A stretch of DNA of 55,841 nt from contig JALJEE010002827.1 of assembly GCA_023231475.1 (NCBI GenBank), positions 1 through 55,841 on the forward strand. Reading direction: 5' to 3'. Position numbers and translations under genes: made by a program. This document shows positions 12,712-24,200 of the stretch, in pieces (positions within the stretch are counted from its first letter, which is position 1; every line of letters starts with the position of its first letter). This DNA is from Seison nebaliae. Lineage: Eukaryota. The notes under the pieces were generated by a model. It saw only the letters and a program-made list of their open reading frames with translations, did not search any database and was not told the origin of the DNA.

Positions 12712-14481
12712 ATGACAATTTCATTTGACATAGAGAAAGTTCATGAGAATCGAACGGGATGGGGTCCATCCAAACCTTTTGTTCTTTATCAAGATATGCC
12801 ATATCAACCATTTAGTAAACATGATCGATTAGGAAAAGTAGCCGATTGGGTTCAATCTAATTTCACTGAGAAACGATACCAGAACCGTTATCAGACACAA
12901 CAATCGATGGTGAGTCATTATGCATATATGCCAGCACAAGAGGATAATGAATATGTTCTACAAGAATTTCGTGATGCTCGTCAACCCAATCAACGTGGTT
13001 ATCGATTTCGTTTTAATCACCATCACAATTATCGTAATTATCGAAATAATCATAATCGATATCATAATTCTCATTATCAACCCATCACCAAATCCACCAT
13101 TTCCACATTAAGTAAATATGATAAACAGAGATTGAATAATATGAAAAAAATGCAGAAAGCGAAAGCGGCAGTTCAACCGACACATTCGAAACGAGAACCA
13201 TCAACTCCTATTCATGAGGATTGGGTGTCATTGCATGAATTCGAATTTAAACAATTAGATGTTCTCCGTATCGAGAAATTGCCAGCTGTCAAAACATTGA
13301 GATCGTGTGGTTCATTGAACTTTTATGATAAAAGTTTTCAACGAAACGTTCCAATTCAATTGAAAAAAGGTGATAAATCTCTAGTGAGAAAGACGACGTC
13401 ATTTGACGATGTCATTCGTGATCTGAGTAAACAACATGGAAATGTCTTTATTGTCGATTGGTTATTAGCGACGATAATGTGTTGTACGAAAAGTGTATTT
13501 CCTTGGCACATTAAAGTGACGAAAGTGAAAGATAAATTATTTTTTGATTATGACGATAAGGAAATGGTGACGGTTAATGAAACTGCACCTGATGCACCAA
13601 ATGACGTTGTATCGAAGAATCTGTCGTTAGAAGCATTGTTTATTGACATTAATTTCCGTCAACAAGTTCTCATGAAGAATGAAAACGATTCCATCAAAAT
13701 GGAAAATGCCGATCCATTTATGGATGCATTGAAGAAAGATAACGTAAAAATGGAATGTCTCCCAACCGCTTATCGATATCGATTGTTTGATTTAGGTTTC
13801 AAAAATATCAAAGTTCTCGTTCGTTGTGAACAGGATGCGGTAATGAAGACGGAGAATAAAGACAGTTTACAATATATTAATCTGAGAGCATTGAATGAAC
13901 ATGTTCGTCCCAATGTGCCTGATTGGCGTGTTCGTTTGAAACAATCGACCGCTGGAACTTTAGCAACGGAAATCAAAAATAATGCGAACAAATTCGCCAA
14001 ATGGGTCGTATCAGCATCAGTTGCTGGTTCGGATTTATTGAAGATTGGACTCGTCTCTCCAATGAGTGGTAATAAAACACCGTCATATGAAGTTCTCGAT
14101 ATTCATACCGTCAATTTGAAAGCGGAGGATAGTGGACAATTCAATATCAATATTAATATCAATAATGGATGGGCAGTATTTCAGTCGTTGGTCGAATTGA
14201 TTTTCGCTCAACCTCACGAATTCGCCAGTTATATAATTTGGCGTGATCCGGAGAAGAATGTTATTCGAATTTTCCATCGTGATCGTCCATCATCATCATC
14301 ATCTGAAGAATCAGAAAACGACGACGATGATGATGATGATGATGATAATGATGATGATAATGACAATAATGATGATGATGAAGAAAAAGAAGAAGAAGAA
14401 GAAGAAAATGATGTCGGAAAAGAGAAGAAAGAAGAAGAAAAAAAAGAATTGAAAGAAGAGAAAGAAGAAGAAAAGAAATAA
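12712..14481 (+). CDS. EIF3D: Eukaryotic translation initiation factor 3 subunit D, 589 aa, single coding exon
   Basis: Diagnostic motifs ENRTGWGP, DMPYQPFSKHDRLGKVADW, TVNETA, AYRYRLFDLG, VRCEQDAV, DWR, TLATEIKNNANKFAKW, NGW, DPEK; acidic C-terminal tail. Confidence 0.97.
   Translation: MTISFDIEKVHENRTGWGPSKPFVLYQDMPYQPFSKHDRLGKVADWVQSNFTEKRYQNRYQTQQSMVSHYAYMPAQEDNEYVLQEFRDARQPNQRGYRFRFNHHHNYRNYRNNHNRYHNSHYQPITKSTISTLSKYDKQRLNNMKKMQKAKAAVQPTHSKREPSTPIHEDWVSLHEFEFKQLDVLRIEKLPAVKTLRSCGSLNFYDKSFQRNVPIQLKKGDKSLVRKTTSFDDVIRDLSKQHGNVFIVDWLLATIMCCTKSVFPWHIKVTKVKDKLFFDYDDKEMVTVNETAPDAPNDVVSKNLSLEALFIDINFRQQVLMKNENDSIKMENADPFMDALKKDNVKMECLPTAYRYRLFDLGFKNIKVLVRCEQDAVMKTENKDSLQYINLRALNEHVRPNVPDWRVRLKQSTAGTLATEIKNNANKFAKWVVSASVAGSDLLKIGLVSPMSGNKTPSYEVLDIHTVNLKAEDSGQFNINININNGWAVFQSLVELIFAQPHEFASYIIWRDPEKNVIRIFHRDRPSSSSSEESENDDDDDDDDDNDDDNDNNDDDEEKEEEEEENDVGKEKKEEEKKELKEEKEEEKK
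14318..14478 (+). repeat. GAT/GAA trinucleotide low-complexity tract encoding the eIF3d acidic tail
   Basis: (GAT)n and (GAA)n runs encode poly-Asp/Glu and also produce the shadow ORFs at 14243 and 14261. Confidence 0.85.
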
Positions 14482-14606
14482 AGATAATTAGAAGAAATTT
14501 AAATAAATAAATAATAATTTTAATTAATGAAAATTTAAAATTTATTTTTCTTTTCCTCATTTCTTTTTTTGATAGAATTTTTTATTTAATGTAATTTGAA
14601 GGTATC

Positions 14607-17600
14607 ATGACTCTCGTCAATAATAACGAGAATGAAATAAAGAGTGAGATCGATGAGACGAACGGTCGTGAAATTCAATTGGCAATCATTCGAATTTTGG
14701 AGAATGGCTCGGGTAAATCAAATGGATTTCAAAACGGAGGAAATATCGATGAGAAGAATTGTTTCTGTACAATTTGTACCAAGTCACTTCTCTGTTGTCG
14801 ATCGTTGGACAATTTGGAAATTCAACAGATTCTTAGTCATATGAATGAGATCTATTCTGAACACAAGACCACTGTTTATCTCAGTAAATTCTGTGCAGAA
14901 TTATTGAAAATGTTAATAAATTATATTTTCGGTGAGAAGATATCGAAAAATTATCATCATCATCACGATATCCATCCACAATTCCAATCGTTATTTATTA
15001 ATAAAACTGAAGAATTCGATTTAGTGAAGAATGTCTCATTGATAACGCCTGAGATTGTTGATCTGATGGATAATCGAATTAATCTCATCTCTCCAAAAGA
15101 CGCTTTTCGAGCCATGATGACATTGAAAATTTTAACGGATGAAAGTTATTTCACCGATAAACAATCCATCGTCGCTTTAATACAAGACGAGAGATTTATG
15201 AATTTCCATCGATCCAAATACACGTCTACATTATTGACGATTAATATATTGATTTGGATTAATAATCAATTGAATAATTTGAACAGTAAACGATGTCAAG
15301 ATATTTTCCGAATTATTCTTGGGAAAATTATCAACATTAGACGATTGCCAAATTCGAATGAGAGTCAAATGAAATTGTTAATGGAAATTATTCGTCAGAC
15401 ATTCCATCAATTATTATGGAATGAGAAAAACATTAAAAATTGCACGTTAATTCGCAGAAATGTCATTTGTGGAAATATGCCACTTTATATAATTCTTCCA
15501 TTAATTAAATCGTTAATAGCATTCGATCGATATTCATCTGAATTTCAAATTTTCACTTCCTCCTCATCAACAATCATCGAAATTCTTAAAGAAAATTATT
15601 TGTTTGAAAATCATTTTCTCATCCTACTTCATGATGAAATTAAATTAATTTTGAAAAAAGTTGAATTATTTTCAAATTTATCTTCTTCTCAATTATTTAA
15701 TCCTCTTATCACTAATCGTTCAAATGGGAAACAATATGGAATCATTAATCAATTATATTCGACGACATTCGAAGAATTATTCGAAATGCCAAGTGCCACC
15801 AGAAATCTGTTGGAATGTCTGATGAAGAAACAAATTGTTGTAAAATTGAAACAAATCAATTTCATTCCAAATTATCAATCTCTCAATTGTTTATTCGAAT
15901 GGAAATTCTTTTATCTACAAAAAGAGAAACGTTTAACAATGATCGATTTAATTGTCTATTTATTCTCTAAACGATTCGCCAGTCAATTTCATAACATTTT
16001 CCTTCATAATCGATTATATGGTTTCCGTACGTTTCCTTTAATTCTATTGAATGAGAATCGCAATAATGTTTTCGATTATATCTCTTATTATATTCTCAAT
16101 TCGAATACATATCAAGATTTGGAGAGATTGTTCGAAAATTGGAATCGAAATGAAACTCGACAAAATGCATCATCATCTCTCGCCATATCGTCGTGTGATG
16201 AGTTGAAATCGACATATCTACAATTCGTTCGAATTATCGTCGCTGAACAATTCGGTAAATGTATTACGGAAACTTTCTTTACCATTATCGAACAATTTCA
16301 ATTATCATCAAAACGATTTATTCAACGTTGTGTTCAATTGATTCAACCTAATCATCAAATTAATTCCGATCAATTTCTCAATACTTCCTTTATCTCCTTG
16401 AAAGATGTTCTTCATCAATTAAATCAATTGAAACGATTTGTTGAGATTGTGATAGAGAAGAATATTTTGACTTCTCAATATTTATTCGGATATTTCATTC
16501 TTCTCATTCATTTCCAAAAACATCGAAAAAAATTATTTTGTTCAAAAAAATTCTTCGTAAAAAATGAGAAAGTCGAATCGAAACCTCATGAAATAGTTAT
16601 AAAAAATTTCCTCATATTTTATCTACTTCATTTTATGACGAGTATCGAACCGGTTTTTTATGAAGATTCTCCCACCGATTCCTCCAATTCTTGGGATCTC
16701 GACGTTCTCATAAGGAAACATAATCATTTATTAGATTGGAAAATAACGAACAATACTCGACGTCAATTAAATTTGTTTCTTTATCGACAATTATTTAATG
16801 TTTTAGAATCAGATAAATTACGACGAACTTTCAAATCCATTCACGACAATTTATTATTGGAACAACATCATTTGTATTTTAAGGAGATGTTAGATGTAGA
16901 GAATTTATTTGTTGATATTCTTCTTCCAAAATATTCACTTCATTCAATTCGAGAGATGTTCATTTTTGAATTGATAAAATTCGATTATCAGACTTATCAC
17001 CATCTTTTAGGGATGGATAACGGAAATTTAATGAACAATCCATCCTTCTATTGGAGTCAACCTTTCTCTCGTAATCTAATCACTCCCACAATTCTCTTAT
17101 ATGACATTCTCATACCATCATCAAAACAATCATCAGCACATTGTCATTTTCAAAATAAAGTGAATTTAATTTTCAAATTATTTCCTCACAGTAATCAGAC
17201 ATTGGATGGAGACGCGATAATTAAGGGATTGAATCATCATCAGATTAATTTGATTGAACGTCTCAATTCGTCGTTGACTTTCCAACATGATGGAAATACC
17301 GTTTCAATTCTCGTCAAATTTATGAATTATTTATTGAATTTTTTGAAAGATAAACCATCGGAGCGTTATCAAAAATTCCTTCAAATATTCTTCAATCATC
17401 CCATATCAAATCTAAAACGACAAATCGGCTATTTGACTTTAGGTGTCACTCAACGAACCTCTCCGTTTTCTTATCGTCAAATGCAATCAGGAAATGATAA
17501 TCATATGCCATTCCTACGACTCTCTTCAAATATCATCGATTCAATTTTGACGAAAGATAATTGTTTATTATTCTCTTTAAAAAAATGTGAAGAAATTTTC

Positions 17601-20600
17601 AAAGTTCTTTTTGATAATCTCTTGAAAGACAAATCGATAATCGAAAAAACGGAAAATTGTATCGCTAATGCGAAGCATTTATTGAGTTCGAAACAATTCT
17701 ATCTAATGAATATTCCATTATATATTTCATTATGTAATATTGCTCATTTTTGTGAACCATATTCTATTGGTGCCAATATCGAATTGATGGAAGAGATAAT
17801 GAAAGATCAGGAAAATTTATCAGCTCCATTAATTTGGTTACAAATGATCGTTTACAATTTCAAATTACAATCATCATTTCTCTTAGGAAATAATCATTCT
17901 GGAGAATCATCAATACATTCTTTCCGACCATCTAATAATCATCAGAATGATAATTTATTAAGCTTTTTAGAATTGTCATTCAGTTTTGCCAAGAAGTTTT
18001 TCTTCTACAATGAATTCTTCCTTTTGAAACATTGGGACAACGTCTTCCCAAATGACAAATTACCAAATCGGAATTGTTTTCGCGTTTCAACGGAAAACGG
18101 TAACGATTTCATTCATCAATCACATTCTGGACAATTCGACATAAATTTCCAATTCGCTCTAATTCGAATATTTGAACGATTAATCTTTTTTACCAATTTC
18201 CATCGATTGGCAGATAATCCTGAAATTTATGGTAAATTCTTGACAGAATTTAATATCATCTTCTCCACTTTCACTTCTCCATTTCCCACACTCGTCATGA
18301 ATCTACGTCATTTCCTCATCAAATTCCTCACTATCAATTTTCGATGTACACGAAATTTTTTCATGACATCATTCTTCATTTGTCGATTCAATTCACTTTT
18401 CATTTCAAATCAATCCTTCACAAGAAACGGTTCTGTTGTTGGATTTTTGACGAATAAAGATGTCGGTTATCCTCCCACCGATATCATCCAACCATTCATT
18501 CCCAAATTCCTGTTTTTTGGAACATCGATGAAATTGAGAAAGTTAATTTATCAATCCAATTTAGATGATCATATTTTCGACATGTTCAAATTGTTTGTGT
18601 CATGGTCGATGGAGGACATGTCGGCGAAATCGATCACTTTCAAATATATCGGTCGATTCATTTCCTTTTTCGTTACATTGGTCAACAGTAACGATTTGGT
18701 ATTGCTCTCGGAACATTTCAATATATTTAACGAATTCAAAAAATTCGATTGGTTCAATATCATCATTAGTGGATTGGAATCATTGTTGAAACGGATGACT
18801 GAATTGTTTGATGAAGTCGATCGATTCATTCGACATTTGACAAATATGAAAGGAATTCTTTCCGAAATGAAATTATTTCCCGAATATCAAATGTTGTATT
18901 TACGTCGAACATATCTCCTCAATCTTCTCGTTACATTTGATTATGAAAATAATTTTTCAAAATTATTGAAGAAAGGCAAAAGCAATGAAATGGTCATCCA
19001 TTTCACCACACTCTCCTCTCATTATTCTCATCGTTTACCCACCAAAATGAAATTTCCTTGTCAATTACCGATGAATTCTATTTATTTCACTTTTCTCTCA
19101 TGTTTCTTTCGACATGTCTACGAGAATTTGGCTCAACATCCACAACTTCCCATCGATTTACATTGGATTCATCTCATCGAAATATTTCGAAAAACGACAA
19201 TGAATACGAAAGAGAGAATGATGGAGAATTTGTGTGATTATTTAATTCAAATTCATCTTCGATCATTTCTAGAGAAGAATTTGTTCACTTCATTTATTCA
19301 AGGTGTGGAATCGAAGAATTTCCATGAACCGAATATTCGGACGATGGAACAATTTTTTCGATCTTCTCAAATGAAAGTTGAATTAACACGAGTGACTGAA
19401 GCTTTGGATTTTTTGAGTGAACAATTCAATTTGATTGATTATCATAAATTCTTTTATATTCTCACATTTCGTTTCTTTTTGACGAACGAAGAGAATTTGT
19501 GTGTGAATATGTTGAGTGAATATATTCTCCTCACTTACAACGCGAAGAAATTGCAGGAGACTCAAATGCTTTTCAAATCATTTTCCAATAATGAAACGGA
19601 ATATAATTTCATCGATTCACTCAATATCGATGAATCATCCAAACAATATTTGTTAATGCTCATTAGTAATCCAGATCGTGAACGATCATTGGAAGCACTT
19701 CTCACTTATTTGCACTATACCCATAGTCTACAAATGCAAAATAAAATACCATTTGAAAATTGGTTTTTTCACAAATTTCCCAACGATTCACATGAAGATC
19801 AAATATCTTTAATTTCTCTTATTTCCAAAGATTGGAGACATTCAATCTCTTTATACATCGATGTTTTATTATTGAAATTCTTCCAATTCAATTTACCATT
19901 AACTGATGATCTTGCCTCTCAACTCACCATCAGTCTATTAGCGACGGATAATCCATTCGATATCATCTTCAATCTCATCCATCGAATACAAACACATCGA
20001 CATTATATGTATCTCCTCTATAAACGACTCCCGTCAAACCAAACCATATTCTATGATGAGAATATTGATCGAAATAATTTTCAAAAAATTCTCTCGAACT
20101 TCCTCAAAATCAAATCGATTCACATTCCAAATTGGTTCGAAGAATTGTTGACAAGTGGATCGAATGATGGTATTTTTTCCAGAATGTTTGGAGATTTGAT
20201 CCAATCGAGAAAACATAAATCACTTTCGTCTTATGTTCTGGGACGGAGACATTGTGATGGCGAATTGAATGAAATTCAGGAAATATCTTATGGTTTTTCT
20301 TTCAAAAATTCTTTGGACAAATATTTGACTTATGGAAAATTGTCGATGTTTATTATGAAAATTGATTATAACATTCTCTTTCGAATATTTGAAGAACAAA
20401 TCGATCACAATTCACACGATTCTCAATACTCAATTTATTTAGCTGATGTAGTTGGTGGAATTGCCGAATTGATTTCTTCTCAATTCCTCCAGAACATTTT
20501 GACCAATTCCATCAAAATGATAGAAGAAAAATCAATTAAATCATTTGATGGTTTATTGAATGATGTACATCTTTCATTTTATCTTAATCTTATTCATTCA

Positions 20601-21230
20601 ATTTTTCAACATAATTATCAATTGGACATTTGTCGAACATTCACCACATTCATTTGTCAATTGAATAAAACGGTGGGAAAACCGTTGGATGAGATCGTTC
20701 TATTATATTTGATGCATATTTATTTGGCGAATTATCATAACTTCAAAATCATTCGTCATTCAAAACAGCAAAACATATTAAACGGTATTGAACATGAATT
20801 TATTGTTGATGCATTGAAAGAAGACGAGGAGAATTTTCATCAATCAATTTTCATTCAATTTCTTCATCTTCTTATCACCATCACTGCATCAAATCCGCCA
20901 GAACTCGTTCATAGCGAAACATTTGTCAACTTTTTTTATTATGAGAAATATAATCAGGAATTCAACGATGAACATTGGAAAGAATCTCATAGTCTCATTT
21001 CTACCATCAAACATCCAAAACTTCAAGCTGAATTGAGATATCTTACTAAACCGAATGAATCATATTATGAATATTCTCAGAGTTTAATAAAAACCATCGA
21101 AGGTTTAAAACGGTGTCATGACGATAAAATGAATGGGAATGATAATAATGATGGACATTTTAAACAATTCCGTCCAGACTCCCATTCTGCTAATTACCCT
21201 GTCATCAAAGACGAAAATTTTATGAACTAA
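14607..21230 (+). CDS. Large intronless 2207-aa, probably alpha-helical protein; tentatively a highly divergent EPG5 (autophagy tether)
   Basis: A 6.6-kb stop-free ORF in very AT-rich DNA is almost certainly coding. No signal peptide, catalytic motif or transposase motif. Short collinear segments (NILIWINNQL, PLIWLQM, AKKFF, TRNFFMTS, KKFDW, RTYLLNLL, VLGRR) resemble EPG5 as I recall it. Confidence is for the CDS; the EPG5 identity is about 0.45. Confidence 0.9.
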   Translation: MTLVNNNENEIKSEIDETNGREIQLAIIRILENGSGKSNGFQNGGNIDEKNCFCTICTKSLLCCRSLDNLEIQQILSHMNEIYSEHKTTVYLSKFCAELLKMLINYIFGEKISKNYHHHHDIHPQFQSLFINKTEEFDLVKNVSLITPEIVDLMDNRINLISPKDAFRAMMTLKILTDESYFTDKQSIVALIQDERFMNFHRSKYTSTLLTINILIWINNQLNNLNSKRCQDIFRIILGKIINIRRLPNSNESQMKLLMEIIRQTFHQLLWNEKNIKNCTLIRRNVICGNMPLYIILPLIKSLIAFDRYSSEFQIFTSSSSTIIEILKENYLFENHFLILLHDEIKLILKKVELFSNLSSSQLFNPLITNRSNGKQYGIINQLYSTTFEELFEMPSATRNLLECLMKKQIVVKLKQINFIPNYQSLNCLFEWKFFYLQKEKRLTMIDLIVYLFSKRFASQFHNIFLHNRLYGFRTFPLILLNENRNNVFDYISYYILNSNTYQDLERLFENWNRNETRQNASSSLAISSCDELKSTYLQFVRIIVAEQFGKCITETFFTIIEQFQLSSKRFIQRCVQLIQPNHQINSDQFLNTSFISLKDVLHQLNQLKRFVEIVIEKNILTSQYLFGYFILLIHFQKHRKKLFCSKKFFVKNEKVESKPHEIVIKNFLIFYLLHFMTSIEPVFYEDSPTDSSNSWDLDVLIRKHNHLLDWKITNNTRRQLNLFLYRQLFNVLESDKLRRTFKSIHDNLLLEQHHLYFKEMLDVENLFVDILLPKYSLHSIREMFIFELIKFDYQTYHHLLGMDNGNLMNNPSFYWSQPFSRNLITPTILLYDILIPSSKQSSAHCHFQNKVNLIFKLFPHSNQTLDGDAIIKGLNHHQINLIERLNSSLTFQHDGNTVSILVKFMNYLLNFLKDKPSERYQKFLQIFFNHPISNLKRQIGYLTLGVTQRTSPFSYRQMQSGNDNHMPFLRLSSNIIDSILTKDNCLLFSLKKCEEIFKVLFDNLLKDKSIIEKTENCIANAKHLLSSKQFYLMNIPLYISLCNIAHFCEPYSIGANIELMEEIMKDQENLSAPLIWLQMIVYNFKLQSSFLLGNNHSGESSIHSFRPSNNHQNDNLLSFLELSFSFAKKFFFYNEFFLLKHWDNVFPNDKLPNRNCFRVSTENGNDFIHQSHSGQFDINFQFALIRIFERLIFFTNFHRLADNPEIYGKFLTEFNIIFSTFTSPFPTLVMNLRHFLIKFLTINFRCTRNFFMTSFFICRFNSLFISNQSFTRNGSVVGFLTNKDVGYPPTDIIQPFIPKFLFFGTSMKLRKLIYQSNLDDHIFDMFKLFVSWSMEDMSAKSITFKYIGRFISFFVTLVNSNDLVLLSEHFNIFNEFKKFDWFNIIISGLESLLKRMTELFDEVDRFIRHLTNMKGILSEMKLFPEYQMLYLRRTYLLNLLVTFDYENNFSKLLKKGKSNEMVIHFTTLSSHYSHRLPTKMKFPCQLPMNSIYFTFLSCFFRHVYENLAQHPQLPIDLHWIHLIEIFRKTTMNTKERMMENLCDYLIQIHLRSFLEKNLFTSFIQGVESKNFHEPNIRTMEQFFRSSQMKVELTRVTEALDFLSEQFNLIDYHKFFYILTFRFFLTNEENLCVNMLSEYILLTYNAKKLQETQMLFKSFSNNETEYNFIDSLNIDESSKQYLLMLISNPDRERSLEALLTYLHYTHSLQMQNKIPFENWFFHKFPNDSHEDQISLISLISKDWRHSISLYIDVLLLKFFQFNLPLTDDLASQLTISLLATDNPFDIIFNLIHRIQTHRHYMYLLYKRLPSNQTIFYDENIDRNNFQKILSNFLKIKSIHIPNWFEELLTSGSNDGIFSRMFGDLIQSRKHKSLSSYVLGRRHCDGELNEIQEISYGFSFKNSLDKYLTYGKLSMFIMKIDYNILFRIFEEQIDHNSHDSQYSIYLADVVGGIAELISSQFLQNILTNSIKMIEEKSIKSFDGLLNDVHLSFYLNLIHSIFQHNYQLDICRTFTTFICQLNKTVGKPLDEIVLLYLMHIYLANYHNFKIIRHSKQQNILNGIEHEFIVDALKEDEENFHQSIFIQFLHLLITITASNPPELVHSETFVNFFYYEKYNQEFNDEHWKESHSLISTIKHPKLQAELRYLTKPNESYYEYSQSLIKTIEGLKRCHDDKMNGNDNNDGHFKQFRPDSHSANYPVIKDENFMN

Positions 21231-24200
21231 AATTAATTTATTTGAAAAATATTTTTATTCGCCACAACGATTATTATTCGTTTAGATAACAACACAAACA
21301 ATGAAACAATAAAATTTCTAGTCACAATATTTTTTCAGTTAGTTAATCTAATTTATTTAACAATCTGTTAGTTACTGCTTAGCAGATTAAAGTTTCCCTC
21401 AATTTTTTTAAACAATCAGTATAACTTTCATTCTTTTATATTCTACTCTTACTATTCTGTTATAACGAATTAATAATAAATTTTTATTTATATTCCAAGT
21501 TACCCAACACATGCTTAAACTTGAGAAATCAGTTGTCTTTTAATTGAATCAACAAAAATTTTAAAGTCACCATATGAGATAATACAATATATTTAAATGC
21601 AACTTAAAAATTTGAACTAGAAAAGAAATTACTTCTCTCAAATTTGTCAGATCTTTTTGAACATTCCTCCTTCCTACTCGTTCCTTCCTGTTAATAATTT
21701 GGAATTATTGTTGGAAGAACCAATAATAATTTTATTATATGGTAAGACAGATAATCGCTTACGATATTTAATCTCAAAAATGTAACATGACAGATAATAA
21801 ATAATAATTAAATTGGTGTATAGCATATCTTATGCTAAACTGAAGTAGTTCACCTGGTTTTCACCACTAAATATAAAAAATAGTTTCGCTGAAAATCCCA
21901 AATAAATTTCTTTTTTGAAAAACTGTCAGAAAACAAGAGGATCAATCTAACTTGTCACATTTGAAGTCTAAACTACATATGAAATTAACAAAATCGTGAG
22001 AGATTTTATCATCAATTTGAATCTAATTTACTATTTGAGCGATTTAAATTCCAACATTGCTAAACTATCTAATTAACTAATTCTCCTGCTACCTTGATCG
22101 ACTTGTGTTTCCTTTTAAGTTTATAACGACCAATAAAATTACTTGCACAACAATAGTTTCCAGTTTGATCGAAAAATTAATTGCATTTCCAAACCATGTC
22201 AATTATTTTGAAATCATTAATGATTGATTGACATTTCATATTTTATCTCATTTATCATAATCGAACTTCTATTGTCTTTTATCATTATTGCATCGTTAAA
22301 AATAGTTCGAATAATAATCTATTCATGAATAATGATATTCAAATCTATAATGAACGTTATTAACTTTTGTCGATAATGTACGACTAAAAATGTTGAAGTT
22401 TCTTTCCATTAACTGAAAGTTGGAAATGGCACATATCGGAATTTTGGAAGTTGATCGAGAAAGAATTTTCCAGAATTGTTAATTCTAAATAAATTTCGAG
22501 TAAAAGAAAGAAAAAAACTTTCCACAAGTTCCACAAAATATTTTTTGATTAAAACAAAACCTCAAACTTACAAAATGTTCGATAATTTGCAGAGTGTCCA
22601 CTAAACTGATCAACGATAACGACATTAGAATCATCCGATTTATTGTCATCTCCTTTTATATTGGATGGATGATCAAGTAATGAATCGAGTTCTACTAAAT
22701 TAAATCAACTATGTCAACTTAAAATATATGCTATTTTTTTGTTTTTTCCATTACTAAATATATTGGAAAATGTCCAAGTTCTTTGAAATCTTTCGAGAAG
22801 AAGTCAATTGAAATAAGTTATGTGTGATTACGAATTCAAATTAGTTGGAAAGTTTAAGAAGAAAAGCCTTTTTTAATGATAATCTTTAGGTGGAAGAAGA
22901 AAAGCACAAATTTTCCAAACTTTTCCTCTTTCGATTTTTTTTGCGTTAGACTTATTTGTTGTAATTAATAAGAAAACATTTTCAATGAGAATTTCAACAT
23001 AATATATTTTTCCGCCAAAATAATAATGTGAGAAAGAAATGGAATTAGGAAGAAAAGAATTATCTTAATAGTAGTTCTCGACCTCCACCTCTAATTTGAT
23101 AATAATAAGACATAATATTATTTAATGATTGTTAGAAAGGTTTGATGAAGGGAAGAGGATGGTCGTCGTGTAACTAAGCGATCAAATAGTTATAGCGCGG
23201 TTCAAATCGGAAAAATATTCAGATGGAAAGAAGATAGTTGAATGAATTCATTGAAGAAAGATGGAAGGATAAGATTTGTATGACATATTTCATGATGGAA
23301 ATATTACTTGTTAATTTATTATAAATATTAATTGGACATGAAAAGAGTTGATGCTTACATAACCAAAGAAGCATAATATACTTACCATTCTGTTTTAGTG
23401 AGCATGTGATTCTATTAGAGAAGTGGATGATAAGTAGTCATACAAATAAATGATGATGAAAACGTTTCATATGTGTGGAATGAATGAGAAGAATTGAATG
23501 AGTGCATTGATTGTTGATAGGGGAATAAATGAAGGTCCAAATATTGGTAATCTTTTCATGAGTTTTCAGGAGAAATAAAAGATTAATTCATTTGTTCAAT
23601 GAATGAGCATAATGAATGTCAACCACTTCTTGTCCCCTCAATCAGATCAAAATCAGGAGCAGGAGACATGTCTCCTTTTACAGACACATTTTATTTACAT
23701 TACTATGAATATTAATGGATATTTCGAGAAAAGTTTTCGGATCCATTCACTTCTCTATAGAGTTCATAATTGATTGATACTTTATGTATATGGATCATTT
23801 CAACAACTTTTGTGCACAATGTGTGCACAGAAGGATCGAACATTTCATCATTCCATCCAACAAAAATCTTGTACATGTCAATTGATCTGATAAACAATCG
23901 ATCTGCGAATAGATTAATTTATGATTCGTATTATTAAGCAAAAGGAAAATTAATTCGTTTCATTTTTCTCGAAGAATTATTCAGTCAATCGACTCCTAAT
24001 CCCTTCCATCTTATCTAATTTCTGTCATTGTATAACACTCCATAATTTGTTCCACATATATCTCTCTCTATTTCTCCATCTCTATCTCGTCAGACTTTGT
24101 CGTTCATCCTAATTAATCGACTTATTATTTTCCGACAGTCCATGATTATCTCCTCATTCGACAATGTAACAATCGAACGTTGACGATGCAAAAATCTTTA

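Noticed and set aside
14243..14560. Poly-Met/Lys and poly-His/Leu ORFs (also 43926-44189 poly-Ser)
   Set aside because: Shadow frames of GAT/GAA repeats inside real genes.
23378..23390. ATACTTACC resembling the U1 snRNA 5' end
   Set aside because: The match ends after 9 nt and I could not see U1 stem-loops downstream.
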